Source: a virus
Strand: one strand, 5' to 3'
Length of the DNA: 64,000 nucleotides
Virus record (IMG/VR): IMGVR_UViG_3300048927_000209
Shown: piece after piece, positions 7,521-16,985 of the stretch
Numbering within the stretch: the first letter of the stretch is position 1
Layout: the number at the start of each line of letters is the position of its first letter
Position numbers and translations under genes: made by a program
Notes under the pieces: model-generated
Database searches by the model: none
Seen by the model: only the letters and a program-made list of their open reading frames with translations
Told to the model about the DNA's origin: nothing

Positions 7521-8750
7521 TTATGCAGTACCCAGTACTTCTTTTGACACGGTGGTCTGACCGTTACCGTAGGTGCCCAGGAAGCGAGCCAGGTAATCAG
7601 CCTGCACATGGAACCACATATCCGGTTCAATGCGACCTGCCACCAGAATGATGGCAGCACGATCTTCACGCGCCAGTTCGATGTCGACTTTAGCTTTGTC
7701 GCCAGCAAACTTGCCTTTCACACCCACGTCACCGGTTTGACCGTCAGCATCTTTCGCTTCAGCGACATCATCTTCAGTCAAGACTTTCTGATAAGACGCT
7801 TCGAGACCGCCGTTCATCAGGTTGTATTCGAAGTCCACCTTAGCATCGGCCGGTGCAGCCGCTTGTGCGCGTTTGTAGACTTCTTCGCTGATAGACATCA
7901 GGTAATCAGCCAGATCGCCGGAGAAACGCTTGTACGCAGCCTGAGACGGTTTTACCACACGCTTCCAGTCACGGTGTTCAGCAGCATGACGCGCAACAGC
8001 GGAACGCACGTTGTTGCCCGCTGCATCATCAGCCGGATACGTGCTTGCGATATCGATGCTCTGAATATCTTCGTAGTTCACTTCGCCATCTTTGTTTTCG
8101 ATGACGTCCAGCGGACCACGTTTGTGCGTGACTACCTGCAACAGGTTTTCGTCTTGGTTGTAGGCCAGGGTAGCACCCAGGTAAATACCGTCGTCAGACT
8201 CTTTACCGTATTCCGCTTCCAGCATGGCTTTCTTGGCCGTCAGGAAATCAACTGCTTCTTGCACCAGCTTACGACCAATGCGGTCGATGTTTTCCAGACG
8301 TGCTTCCCAACCTTTCTCGCCAGGCAGCAGGGTGACTTCTGGCAGGTAGTACAGACCGATGTTCGGGTTGGTACGACGCTGATGTGCATCTTTCGCAGCC
8401 TGCTGCAGATGGTCGTAGCGCAGGATGAATTTGAACGCCTGCATATCCGGGTTCAGTTGGGTGTGTGCGTCATCCAGGTAAACCACAGGCTTACCATCTA
8501 CTACCGGCACAAACCACTCAGTCACAATGATGCGACGACGATCATGCTCAACATCGATGTCTGAACCAAAGGTCCAGTTAGCACGGTCAGCGACTTCAAT
8601 GTCGCGATAGAAACGCAGACGCACAGATTGACTGGCGAAGTCGCGAATGGAATCCAGCACCTGATCGACCCAGTTCTGTTCCCAATGAACCGGAGCATTA
8701 CGCTGAGCTTCTTTACGCAGTTGTTTCGTGTTGTTTTTCTTACCAGACAT
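7521..8750 (-). CDS. hypothetical protein, 409 aa (basic N-terminus, acidic body)
   Basis: SD AAGAGG; strong terminator immediately after stop; no motif recognised. Confidence 0.65.
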   Translation of the reverse strand: MSGKKNNTKQLRKEAQRNAPVHWEQNWVDQVLDSIRDFASQSVRLRFYRDIEVADRANWTFGSDIDVEHDRRRIIVTEWFVPVVDGKPVVYLDDAHTQLNPDMQAFKFILRYDHLQQAAKDAHQRRTNPNIGLYYLPEVTLLPGEKGWEARLENIDRIGRKLVQEAVDFLTAKKAMLEAEYGKESDDGIYLGATLAYNQDENLLQVVTHKRGPLDVIENKDGEVNYEDIQSIDIASTYPADDAAGNNVRSAVARHAAEHRDWKRVVKPSQAAYKRFSGDLADYLMSISEEVYKRAQAAAPADAKVDFEYNLMNGGLEASYQKVLTEDDVAEAKDADGQTGDVGVKGKFAGDKAKVDIELAREDRAAIILVAGRIEPDMWFHVQADYLARFLGTYGNGQTTVSKEVLGTA

Positions 8751-8761
8751 GCGGTGGCCTC

Positions 8762-9136
8762 TTATTGACAGATCGTATTTTTGAAATACGGTTTAGTATG
8801 TGCATACACGGTTGGTGCAAATTCCACAGAATGGATTACGACGCCCCTAAGTCCAAGGACTGTCAACCGAATACGGAAATCGATTACTTCAGCAGTAACA
8901 CGCGGTTTACGTAACCACGTACTGTGGTCTACATAGATACAAGTGCTTATGTATTCTAATACTTGTCGCTCAACGTACTTACGTAAACGGGTGGCAATAA
9001 AGTTCATGCGATCAACGCGATCACCGATTGGCTTGAGGTTGACAATGGCCAGGTAATCATCGGGTTGGGTGAGTGCCGCACTGATCTCGTGCAGCAACCA
9101 GGTGACCTGGCTCACGAGTCGTGGTGGAGGAGTCAT
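8762..9136 (-). CDS. hypothetical protein (124 aa)
   Basis: Track start is TTG; first ATG at 9136 gives MTPPPRLVSQVTWLL...; weak SD, start uncertain. Confidence 0.45.
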   Translation of the reverse strand: MTPPPRLVSQVTWLLHEISAALTQPDDYLAIVNLKPIGDRVDRMNFIATRLRKYVERQVLEYISTCIYVDHSTWLRKPRVTAEVIDFRIRLTVLGLRGVVIHSVEFAPTVYAHTKPYFKNTICQ

Positions 9137-9171
9137 TACAAAGCGTATCCGTACTGAGGTAAAAAACAAAA

Positions 9172-9210
9172 GTGCAACATAAAAGAAGAGAGCGGTTTCC
9201 CACCCTCTTC
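9172..9210 (-). terminator. hairpin terminator (GAAA loop) with UUUUAUG tail
   Basis: Minus strand GAAGAGGGUGG-GAAA-CCGCUCUCUUC (11 bp incl. 2 G.U that would be C.A on + strand) + TTTTATGTTG. Confidence 0.7.
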
Positions 9211-9223
9211 CTTATTGTGTTGA

Positions 9224-9781
9224 TTATGCCAGCGCCGCGTCGTCAGGCATGCTGCCTTCAAGGGCTGCGAACAGACCCGCCAGATTCTTGAGTGAACACT
9301 GAATCAGTTCAGCGTCAACCGCACAATCACCTTTACGCGCATGGTTAATGGCGATGATGACTTTGTGGTTGCCGAAAAGTGGTTTCAGCTCATTCTCAAG
9401 AACAGACTTAAGGGTATGAATTTCACCACCCGCAAAGTAGTAGTCGTTAGCCAGTTTGGCTTTCAGTGACGCGTGATGAAAGACGCCACGTAAACCACCC
9501 AGCATGTGATACTGGTGAACCGGTATTTTAACCGTGTCAGCGATCTCTTCACCCGACTTCACATTGATGATGTTAGTACGGATGGTTTGAAAGAGACCGT
9601 CTTCACTGTTGAAGCCCAGGTTGAAACGGGTGTTCACATCAAAGCTTTCCCGCCCGCCATGCAGTTTGATCTGATGACGGATGTCCGACTCGATGTATTG
9701 TTTCAAACGGATTAGGTATTCTTCAGCATTGGTGGCCGCGAGTGCCCGCACGACAGCTTCTTGGATAATGGATTGAATCAT
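9224..9781 (-). CDS. hypothetical protein (185 aa)
   Basis: ATG start; followed by 11-bp GAAA-loop hairpin terminator. Confidence 0.6.
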   Translation of the reverse strand: MIQSIIQEAVVRALAATNAEEYLIRLKQYIESDIRHQIKLHGGRESFDVNTRFNLGFNSEDGLFQTIRTNIINVKSGEEIADTVKIPVHQYHMLGGLRGVFHHASLKAKLANDYYFAGGEIHTLKSVLENELKPLFGNHKVIIAINHARKGDCAVDAELIQCSLKNLAGLFAALEGSMPDDAALA

Positions 9782-9868
9782 GGATGGTGGACCTTTGAAT
9801 TTATAATTGGTTGTTAATACTCAACCCCTGAGCAGAGTATTGGCTTGACGAACTTAATCGTCATAACA

Positions 9869-9952
9869 TCATTTTACGTTACAGACAAACATCAGGGTTA
9901 AACCGATAATGGTCACCATCAGGATGCCAAGATTAACGAGTGAATTGTTCAT
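9869..9952 (-). CDS. mini hydrophobic peptide (27 aa, below ORF-track cutoff)
   Basis: Own translation MNNSLVNLGILMVTIIGLTLMFVCNVK; leader TTTACATGTGAGGAAT; promoter-like motif at 10011-10020. Confidence 0.4.
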   Translation of the reverse strand: MNNSLVNLGILMVTIIGLTLMFVCNVK

Positions 9953-10004
9953 CAGATTATTCCTCACATGTAAAGTATTACATTTGTTTTCAGCTGAAAA
10001 CTCA

Positions 10005-10040
10005 CCATAGTGATATAGGTTTAAAATCTGATGGAAATTG
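10005..10040 (-). promoter_or_regulatory. promoter-like motif, class A core (ACCTATATCAC)
   Basis: Minus strand TTTCCATCAGATTTTAAACCTATATCACTATGGTG, ~55 nt upstream of mini-ORF 9869-9952; at the divergence point with the + block. Confidence 0.4.
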
Positions 10041-10073
10041 TATGTTATTCAACTATTAAAACAGGAACTACTT

Positions 10074-12206
10074 ATGGCTCTCTTTGACCGCGTTAAAGGG
10101 ATGCTTGGGATCATCAGCGTTCGGGAACAGAACGGCTTAATCACGATCTCTGGCACACCCTCGCGTTTTATCCAGTACGACATCGATAAACTGTGGGGCA
10201 CTTCCAAGATTGCCAAATACATGTTTAAGAACGTGAAACCCAGTGAATTCTCGTTCCACAGTTTCTTTGCGTTGGAAGTGGTGTACATGTTCGAGAAGAT
10301 GATCAACGACAAAACCCGTTACTGCAGTCGCCGGGTGTTGATTCGTATTGTTGAACTGATTAAAGAAAACACCTGGATGAATGACATCGATGAGAACTGG
10401 GCTGACATCATCGACATCAATCGCACCAAGCCTATCAAGTTTCCCCTGCTTCCCAGTCAGCGCGGATTCCTGCAGTACTACAACTACACCAAGCCGCGTT
10501 ACCGGTTAAAAGGTGCGTTGTACGCCGCGGACCCCGGTGCAGGGAAAACCATTGGTGGGATTGCCACCATGTTTGCCCGCGACCTGGACTACGTCTTTGT
10601 CATTTCGCCAAAGAAAGCCATTTACGACGTTTGGGAGAAAACCCTCAAAGAAAGTGTCAATGGCAATCAGACGACCTGGGTGGCCGATAGCAACACGGCA
10701 TGTCCAAAGGGTACCAAGTGGATGATCTTCCACTACGAACGCCTAGGACAGGCTCTGGAGATGGCTAAGAGCCTACGGTTACCGAATGTGGGGATTATCC
10801 TCGACGAGTCCCACAACCTGAACATGAAATCAAAGGAATCGATTCGTACCGCAACCTTTGACGAACTGTGCGTCGTTTCCAAATCCCAGGATGTGGTGTG
10901 GCTCTCCGGTACCGCACTGACTGCCATGGGGTCTGAAGCCATTCCGTTGTTCCGCTCTTTAATCCCAGACTTCAACAGTGACGTTGAATTTGCCATGCGC
11001 AAGATCTGGGGTAAAGTCGGGGGTAAGGCAAACGACATCCTGGCAAACCGTTTGGGAATTGTGAGCTTCTTGGTGCCTAAAGAAAGCTTCATGTCTGACA
11101 AGCCGGTCGAAGACACGAAGAAGGTGAAGATCCCCAATGGTCAACGTTATACCCTGGAGGCGATTCGCACACTCATGGTGTCCTTTATTAAGGAGCGCTT
11201 TGAGTACTACACCAAGAACCGGCCGGTGTATCAGCAGATCTACGACGACGCAATGATCGCCCACCGTCGTGACCTGCGCACGCAACAGGACCACGAAGCC
11301 TTTAAGAAGTACCAGGCGAACGTGGCAATGTTCCAGAAGTACGGTTTTGACCCCCGCACCATGTCAGACGAGTCCAAGTACTGTAACGATTACGAACTCA
11401 ACGTGATCATCCCATCGTTGCCGGATTCGTTGAAAGCACCGTTCAAGGATGCCCGTTCGGTGATCAAGTACGTGGACCTGAAGATTAAAGGTGAATGTCT
11501 GGGTCGGATACTGGGCAAGGAGCGTACGCAATGCCATATCGACATGGTCGCACACATTGACTTCCAACAGTACATCGACAACGCCACGAAGAAGACGTTG
11601 ATCTTTACGGACTTTGTCCCGGTGTTGGAAGAGGCTCGTCGGGTGTGTATTGAGAAGGGGTATAACCCGGTGGTGGTCTACGGTGACACGAACAATGAAT
11701 TGGTGAGCATCATCAAGGATTTCCGTAGTAACGTTGACATTAATCCACTGGTAGCAACCTTCCGCTCACTGGCAGAAGCTGTGCCTGTAACGGAGGCCAA
11801 CAACGGAATGATGTTGAACAAGCCTTTCCGTTTCCATCATTACAAGCAAGCTGTATCCCGTATGCACCGCATCGGTCAGGACGAAACGGTTTACATCAAC
11901 AACTTCGTTCTGGATACCGGGAATGAGCCGAACATCTCCACCCGCTCAGAAGACATCATGAACTGGTCTCGTGACCAGGTCGATCAGCTGATGGGGTATG
12001 ACCGTTACGGTTCAACGGTCAATGTGCCAGAGGTTGCTGACGGGATCGGACTGGAAACGCTGGATGAACCACCGTTTGACCCGGACGAAGGATTCCTGTC
12101 CAGTGGTAACGAAGCACTGTATAATTTCATGGAGGCAGAAGGGTTTATTGTCGAAGAGTTACCGACGGCCATTAAACCACCACGCTCTAAAGCCATGAAC
12201 TGGTAA
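10074..12206 (+). CDS. SNF2/Rad54-family helicase-like ATPase
   Basis: Track start is TTG; ATG 10074 has SD CAGGAAC. Motif I ADPGAGKT, motif II ILDESHNL, III LSGTAL, VI QAVSRMHRIGQ. Confidence 0.8.
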   Translation: MALFDRVKGMLGIISVREQNGLITISGTPSRFIQYDIDKLWGTSKIAKYMFKNVKPSEFSFHSFFALEVVYMFEKMINDKTRYCSRRVLIRIVELIKENTWMNDIDENWADIIDINRTKPIKFPLLPSQRGFLQYYNYTKPRYRLKGALYAADPGAGKTIGGIATMFARDLDYVFVISPKKAIYDVWEKTLKESVNGNQTTWVADSNTACPKGTKWMIFHYERLGQALEMAKSLRLPNVGIILDESHNLNMKSKESIRTATFDELCVVSKSQDVVWLSGTALTAMGSEAIPLFRSLIPDFNSDVEFAMRKIWGKVGGKANDILANRLGIVSFLVPKESFMSDKPVEDTKKVKIPNGQRYTLEAIRTLMVSFIKERFEYYTKNRPVYQQIYDDAMIAHRRDLRTQQDHEAFKKYQANVAMFQKYGFDPRTMSDESKYCNDYELNVIIPSLPDSLKAPFKDARSVIKYVDLKIKGECLGRILGKERTQCHIDMVAHIDFQQYIDNATKKTLIFTDFVPVLEEARRVCIEKGYNPVVVYGDTNNELVSIIKDFRSNVDINPLVATFRSLAEAVPVTEANNGMMLNKPFRFHHYKQAVSRMHRIGQDETVYINNFVLDTGNEPNISTRSEDIMNWSRDQVDQLMGYDRYGSTVNVPEVADGIGLETLDEPPFDPDEGFLSSGNEALYNFMEAEGFIVEELPTAIKPPRSKAMNW

Positions 12207-12246
12207 GTCAGTAAGACAGGGATGTCATCTACATAGCGAGGGTCTT

Positions 12247-13368
12247 ATGTTAGAAATGCTTGTAGGGGGTGGGGGTAAACCTTACTACCCGAAATCAGGA
12301 CCCGGACCGAAGTCTCTTCAGTACGGCAACGAGCAAGCGGGTTACTTTGGTACGGTAACCCAATCGCAGCTTTTCACCCCAACCGAAATTTTCAATCAAT
12401 TGAACATCCCACTGTTAGGTCCGTCACTTGACGCCAGTATGCTGTGGGGTAAGTTCTATTACCAGGGGACCATTGTCTATATTCCAACCCGACCAGTTAA
12501 CACCACTGCCCAGGTGTTCAGCTGGGAGTCGTTATACCAAATGGGGTTGGTGTACGGAACAGACAACGACGGGGCTTATCCTTCACCGGTATCAGCACCC
12601 TATAACCAGCGTACACTTATTGTGAAAAAGCTGGAGAACAAAGTTGCGGGCTTTAAAGTGCGGCTGCCGAGTGCGGGAAACACCGACCCCATGACAGCAA
12701 CGTTATCCGCAGCGGGTGAGTTCAGTGTGTTGCTCAGCAACATCATTGCGTTGGGCGTGGGTGCTGGCACAGGGAAATGGGACAGTTTAGACACCACGGT
12801 GTTTAATAGTACGTCCTACGAACTGTCACTGACCTCGCTTTTAAACAGCACCACGTCTGCATTGTACGGTCGTGGCCTTACCAGCAATCCAGGGCAGTAT
12901 TCGTACAGTAATCTATCAAAGACAGGAACCGCCACCACCATTTTGTGGTGGCCTGTTTTGCAATATATAAATCCCGATGAAAACTTGCTCGACTTGATCA
13001 GCTTTACCACCCAGTTACCGCAGCCAATGGCGGTGGATATGTTACAAACCACCGGCGAGTCAACCGGCGGTATTCTCAACGCGTTTAACGTAACGTCGTC
13101 ACCGGTTGCTAAACCGGCACAGGCCTCGGCAACGTACACTGCAGTGGTTTCACCGGTTAACCTTTATCCGTCTGTTGCAGGTCCTGCACCGCGGGTAACA
13201 AAAGTCACTGCCGAACCACTCCAGGGACCCGTCAACATTGTAGTGAGTCATGTCGGCCCCACCCCGGTCCTGAAGGTTGATAACCCGATGACTGTGTTTA
13301 ACCCGTTTGCACCGACAGTGCGTTATGAACCTAAACCACTGACCGGTCTGAAACTCGCCGACCAATAG
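12247..13368 (+). CDS. receptor-binding/tail-fibre-like protein, GPGP-core paralog with MLEMLVGGGG N-terminus
   Basis: SGPGPKSLQYGNEQAGYFG, GTIVYIPTRP, FKVRLP, WWPVLQYINPDENL core shared with six other ORFs; ~120-aa C-terminal extension. Confidence 0.55.
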   Translation: MLEMLVGGGGKPYYPKSGPGPKSLQYGNEQAGYFGTVTQSQLFTPTEIFNQLNIPLLGPSLDASMLWGKFYYQGTIVYIPTRPVNTTAQVFSWESLYQMGLVYGTDNDGAYPSPVSAPYNQRTLIVKKLENKVAGFKVRLPSAGNTDPMTATLSAAGEFSVLLSNIIALGVGAGTGKWDSLDTTVFNSTSYELSLTSLLNSTTSALYGRGLTSNPGQYSYSNLSKTGTATTILWWPVLQYINPDENLLDLISFTTQLPQPMAVDMLQTTGESTGGILNAFNVTSSPVAKPAQASATYTAVVSPVNLYPSVAGPAPRVTKVTAEPLQGPVNIVVSHVGPTPVLKVDNPMTVFNPFAPTVRYEPKPLTGLKLADQ

Positions 13369-13376
13369 AGGTAGCC

Positions 13377-14288
13377 ATGGCAATTAAATTAAGTTGGACC
13401 AACCGTAACACCCAGCCGATCACTACATCAATCTACCGTGGTGACGTGCCACTGGATCGCAATAACTTGGGTACTCCGTTGGTGGTTCTGACCAACAACG
13501 AAACCAGCTGGGTCGATACCACTGCGGCGCAGGGTAACACGTACTACTACGTATTCAAAACCAGCAATGGTAGTGAAACCATTACTTCACGTAACCAGAA
13601 ACAACAGGCAGCTGAAACCCGCGGCCCAGGTTCCAACGTGTTCCAATATGGTGACCGTGAACTGGGCTTGTATGATGTTATCGGTGCGGATATGTTTATC
13701 AGTGCGGCTAACCTTAATACCCTGGTGGGTGGTGCGGTATCTGCCGTTGTTGCGAATAACAGCTGGTACAAGTTAGCCCGTAAGGGTAAAGTGTTTATGG
13801 TACCGGAGCGTGTTATTGGGTATACCACCTCGTATAACGCCCTGAATGCATTGGGGTTGGTCACGGGTAAAACGGTACAGATCAATGGCTTTACCTGGAA
13901 GGTACGCCTCATGCGTGGTTGGCGTGAAGCTGACTCCACCGTGCCGTTGCCTTCTAACGCCCTGAATACGTTTGATACCGCAACGTACAGCCAAACCTGT
14001 GAGTTCAATGATTTTGTATATCCGATGTGTGCACCCACACCTGTTACGCAACGCCTGCCTAACTGGTCGCAAGTCGGGGTAGCGGCACTGTACTCGAGCT
14101 ACGGCAACTACGTATTAACGCAGGAGCTGAGTGCCGAAGGTGACCGCTGTTTTGTACGGCTTATTTCTGGGATCGGTACCAATGAGCGTACGAAGCTTTC
14201 AGCCGGCTCTGTGACTCAGACCGTCGTGCCGGGTACGTCAAACACAAACGTTGGTTGGTGGCCGGTGTTAGAATTGGTGGAGGTGTAA
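13377..14288 (+). CDS. FN3-headed receptor-binding-like paralog
   Basis: N-terminal FN3-like MAIKLSWTNRNT..IYRG..YYYVFKT; core RGPGSNVFQYGDRELG..GKVFMVP..WKVRL; ends WWPVLELVEV. Confidence 0.55.
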   Translation: MAIKLSWTNRNTQPITTSIYRGDVPLDRNNLGTPLVVLTNNETSWVDTTAAQGNTYYYVFKTSNGSETITSRNQKQQAAETRGPGSNVFQYGDRELGLYDVIGADMFISAANLNTLVGGAVSAVVANNSWYKLARKGKVFMVPERVIGYTTSYNALNALGLVTGKTVQINGFTWKVRLMRGWREADSTVPLPSNALNTFDTATYSQTCEFNDFVYPMCAPTPVTQRLPNWSQVGVAALYSSYGNYVLTQELSAEGDRCFVRLISGIGTNERTKLSAGSVTQTVVPGTSNTNVGWWPVLELVEV

Positions 14289-14289
14289 C

Positions 14290-15207
14290 ATGGCAATCAC
14301 TGCTAACTGGACAGCAGTATCGGGTTCCACCGGTTATAAGCTGTATCGTCAGGCTGGTGCAAAAGTTGACCTCACTAATCTGCCAGCCGATGTCGTGTCC
14401 GTTGCCGCGGACAAAACCACGTATCAATACCCTGCATCGGTGAGCAACACTCTCTACTACGTGGTGGTGGCCTCAACAGATGCTAACGGGTTGGTGACGT
14501 TCTCTGATCAGATCATGATCGGTTACTATCCTGATACCGGACCTGGACCGTCTACGCTACTGCGGGGTGATTGGTCATTCGGTTTCTTTGGTGAGGTGCC
14601 GGTGACCGATGTGGCGTCACCTAACGAGATTTATGCATCAGCCTACGCCTTAAAGGGGTCGAGTGCGTTATCACCACAAAACGCCTGGTCGGTGTATTAT
14701 AAGTGTATTGTGGCAGGGCGTATCATCTTCATCCCTGATAATGCGTATGCTAACAACGGACCCACCTTTGAAACCCTTCGTACCGCTGGCTTTGCGTTAG
14801 CGGATTACAGCTATGAAGCTAATGGTGTCAAGGTCGCGCGTAATGGGTTTGAGTTTGTGGCCCGTGTTGCCCACGCAACTGCCGGTCCGCTGACAACCAT
14901 TATCGCTGATCCAACAAAGGCCACGGACGACATCAGTCGTTCTGAACTGGGTATGTTCATAGCGCTGTTTGGTGGTTCTAATGCGCCAGGTGCAGTTCCT
15001 GCCGTTGCAGGTAATACACCATACACCAAGTACAGACTGGGCGATTACTCAGTACCGACATACCAAAATACGCTACCCACAGACACCTTTATTAACGCCC
15101 AGAGTTCAGGGGTGGTTGCTGCCACGGTGGTCAGCTCGGCAACGGTATCAGCGGTTGCAACCAGCGCGTCGTCACGCGCTAACCTTGTTCTCGAACTGCT
15201 GTTCTAA
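14290..15207 (+). CDS. FN3-headed receptor-binding-like paralog
   Basis: MAITANWTAVSGSTGYKLYR..LYYVVVAS; DTGPGPSTLLRGDWSFGFFGEV; GRIIFIP; ends NLVLELLF; 1-nt gap to upstream stop. Confidence 0.55.
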   Translation: MAITANWTAVSGSTGYKLYRQAGAKVDLTNLPADVVSVAADKTTYQYPASVSNTLYYVVVASTDANGLVTFSDQIMIGYYPDTGPGPSTLLRGDWSFGFFGEVPVTDVASPNEIYASAYALKGSSALSPQNAWSVYYKCIVAGRIIFIPDNAYANNGPTFETLRTAGFALADYSYEANGVKVARNGFEFVARVAHATAGPLTTIIADPTKATDDISRSELGMFIALFGGSNAPGAVPAVAGNTPYTKYRLGDYSVPTYQNTLPTDTFINAQSSGVVAATVVSSATVSAVATSASSRANLVLELLF

Positions 15208-15222
15208 TAGGAGGGCTTTACC

Positions 15223-16104
15223 ATGGGTGTAAAACTCACCTGGCAGAATCGTGGTACCGTGCCACTGGATTCTATTCGCATTTATCGTTCAGCCACCAAA
15301 ACCGGTGATTTGGTATTGATTGACACCATTGCGGGTAGTGCATTGACGTATGAAGACACCACCATGCCAACCACTAACCGGGTTTATTGGTATGCCGTTG
15401 CTTCGGTATTGAACGGCAATGAAACGTTGGGTGCACGCACACCACTGGGTCATTTCCCCGACAGTGGACCTGGGCCGAAGAACATCGCCATTGGGGATTG
15501 GGAGTTTGGTTATTTCGGTGAACTCACCGCCGATATGGCTTCCGTACCTACCTTTGATGAGGTCGCTTCAGCTGCGGGATTGAACCGGTCAAGTGACACC
15601 CCCACTAAAGTACGTAAGTGGGTGGTGGGTGGTAAGATCATCTATATTCCGAATGCAGCCATCGGCACGTATACACAGCCTAACATGCTGACGTATAAAT
15701 TGATGAAACCGTTTAACTCGGACAGTGCGGCCGTGTTATCCATTGGTAAAGGCAACTACGGATTCAAAGTCCGGATACCACGCTCTTCCAATGTGAACGA
15801 CACTGCAGCCATGTCAGACATCAATGGTGATAGCAGTAAATACAAAAGTGAACTGTGGGCCTTGTTTGCGCATCATGTGAATCTGGATTCAGCGTCGGAA
15901 GCCAGCCGTTACTTTAAAGGGGCGTTTCGTCTGGGGGATGAGACCAGTATATATTCGACATCAGGTCGTATCTTCCTGGGTTATGCAAATGCCACGACGT
16001 ATAACGCCTTGATTTGGTCGCAGTGGTCCAGTACGTCATCGTACCCATTTAGTAACTCAATTGCGGCGTACCTGGTGTATGAATTGGATTTCGGCACCAC
16101 GTAA
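15223..16104 (+). CDS. FN3-headed receptor-binding-like paralog
   Basis: MGVKLTWQNRGT..IYRS..YWYAVASV; DSGPGPKNIAIGDWEFGYFGEL; GKIIYIP; FKVRIP; bidirectional terminator follows. Confidence 0.55.
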   Translation: MGVKLTWQNRGTVPLDSIRIYRSATKTGDLVLIDTIAGSALTYEDTTMPTTNRVYWYAVASVLNGNETLGARTPLGHFPDSGPGPKNIAIGDWEFGYFGELTADMASVPTFDEVASAAGLNRSSDTPTKVRKWVVGGKIIYIPNAAIGTYTQPNMLTYKLMKPFNSDSAAVLSIGKGNYGFKVRIPRSSNVNDTAAMSDINGDSSKYKSELWALFAHHVNLDSASEASRYFKGAFRLGDETSIYSTSGRIFLGYANATTYNALIWSQWSSTSSYPFSNSIAAYLVYELDFGTT

Positions 16105-16117
16105 GCAAAAAGAAAAG

Positions 16118-16179
16118 ACGGCATAAAAGTAAAGACACCCTCCCTGCCTTACGGCGGAGAGGGTGTCTTTTTATGCTGG
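16118..16179. terminator. bidirectional terminator between convergent blocks
   Basis: AAAGACACCCTC..GAGGGTGTCTTT stem; + side tail TTTTTATGCTGG; - side tail ACTTTTATGCCGTC. Confidence 0.8.
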
Positions 16180-16199
16180 TGAGTCTTTATCTTTTTCTG

Positions 16200-16502
16200 T
16201 TAAACGGCTTCAGCTAAATACGCTTCGCGCAGGGTACCAAGTTTGGTGTTCCCATTTACGCTTGCGCCTGAACCGTCAACGATTTCCACTTCAATGTCAG
16301 AACCAATGACCTGAGCGATACGCTTACGCAGCGTGGACAGGTTATTAGTTTTGGCACAGCGGTTCTTGAACACGTCGGCGTAGTTTTCACCCGTAAAGGC
16401 TACTTTCTTTTTCGCACCAACGCGTAATACCACACGGACGCCTTCACGATCAAGGACGCTTTGTTCTACCGACTCAGCGGTGATGGTTTTCTTCAAAGTC
16501 AT
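16200..16502 (-). CDS. hypothetical protein (100 aa)
   Basis: ATG ORF convergent with + block; shares bidirectional terminator 16118-16179. Confidence 0.55.
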   Translation of the reverse strand: MTLKKTITAESVEQSVLDREGVRVVLRVGAKKKVAFTGENYADVFKNRCAKTNNLSTLRKRIAQVIGSDIEVEIVDGSGASVNGNTKLGTLREAYLAEAV

Positions 16503-16577
16503 GAGGTATTCCCATTATTAGAATAAACAGGTTGCTTGTGTGTAATGGACCACCCGGTAGGTGGTCATATACATTAG

Positions 16578-16973
16578 TCAGAACTCATACTGGTCTTGGG
16601 TAAAGCTAACCGATACAAAGCCCTTACGCGTGGCCAACGACAGATGGATCCGTCCGTCTTCATGGAGTTTACCAATCCGCAGTCTTACTTCAGCCAATTC
16701 TGGATCTTGTTGCAAACGATCAATGAAACTATCACGGTAATCCGCATAACGCATCCACGTCTGCATGAAGTCGCGAATCCCTTTGATGTAGCGACACGGT
16801 GACGAGGGCATCCGGGTCAGGATGTTGTCATCCAACAGAAAGCGATCCCGTTTATTAGGTACGCTACGATCATCGTGCAGTTTACGAACACGAGACATGA
16901 ATTTGTCCCAGGCCGGCACTTGCGTCAGAGGGGCGTGGGTGCCCAGAGAAGTCATACGAGTTGCTACATGCAT
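16578..16973 (-). CDS. hypothetical protein (131 aa)
   Basis: Start moved to ATG 16973 (SD TGGAGC). Confidence 0.5.
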   Translation of the reverse strand: MHVATRMTSLGTHAPLTQVPAWDKFMSRVRKLHDDRSVPNKRDRFLLDDNILTRMPSSPCRYIKGIRDFMQTWMRYADYRDSFIDRLQQDPELAEVRLRIGKLHEDGRIHLSLATRKGFVSVSFTQDQYEF

Positions 16974-16985
16974 AGGGTGCTCCAA

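Noticed and set aside
7608-8564. 318-aa + strand ORF, and similar long antisense ORFs: 43911-44558 +, 33224-33904 +, 49866-50627 +, 41957-42652 -, 25058-25504 -, 3161-3688 +, 4243-4773 +
   Set aside because: Each lies entirely antisense to, or out of frame within, a better-supported gene with recognisable motifs or operon context. Their sequences are low-complexity or Arg/Ser/Cys-rich, as is typical of shadow ORFs, and they have no SD.
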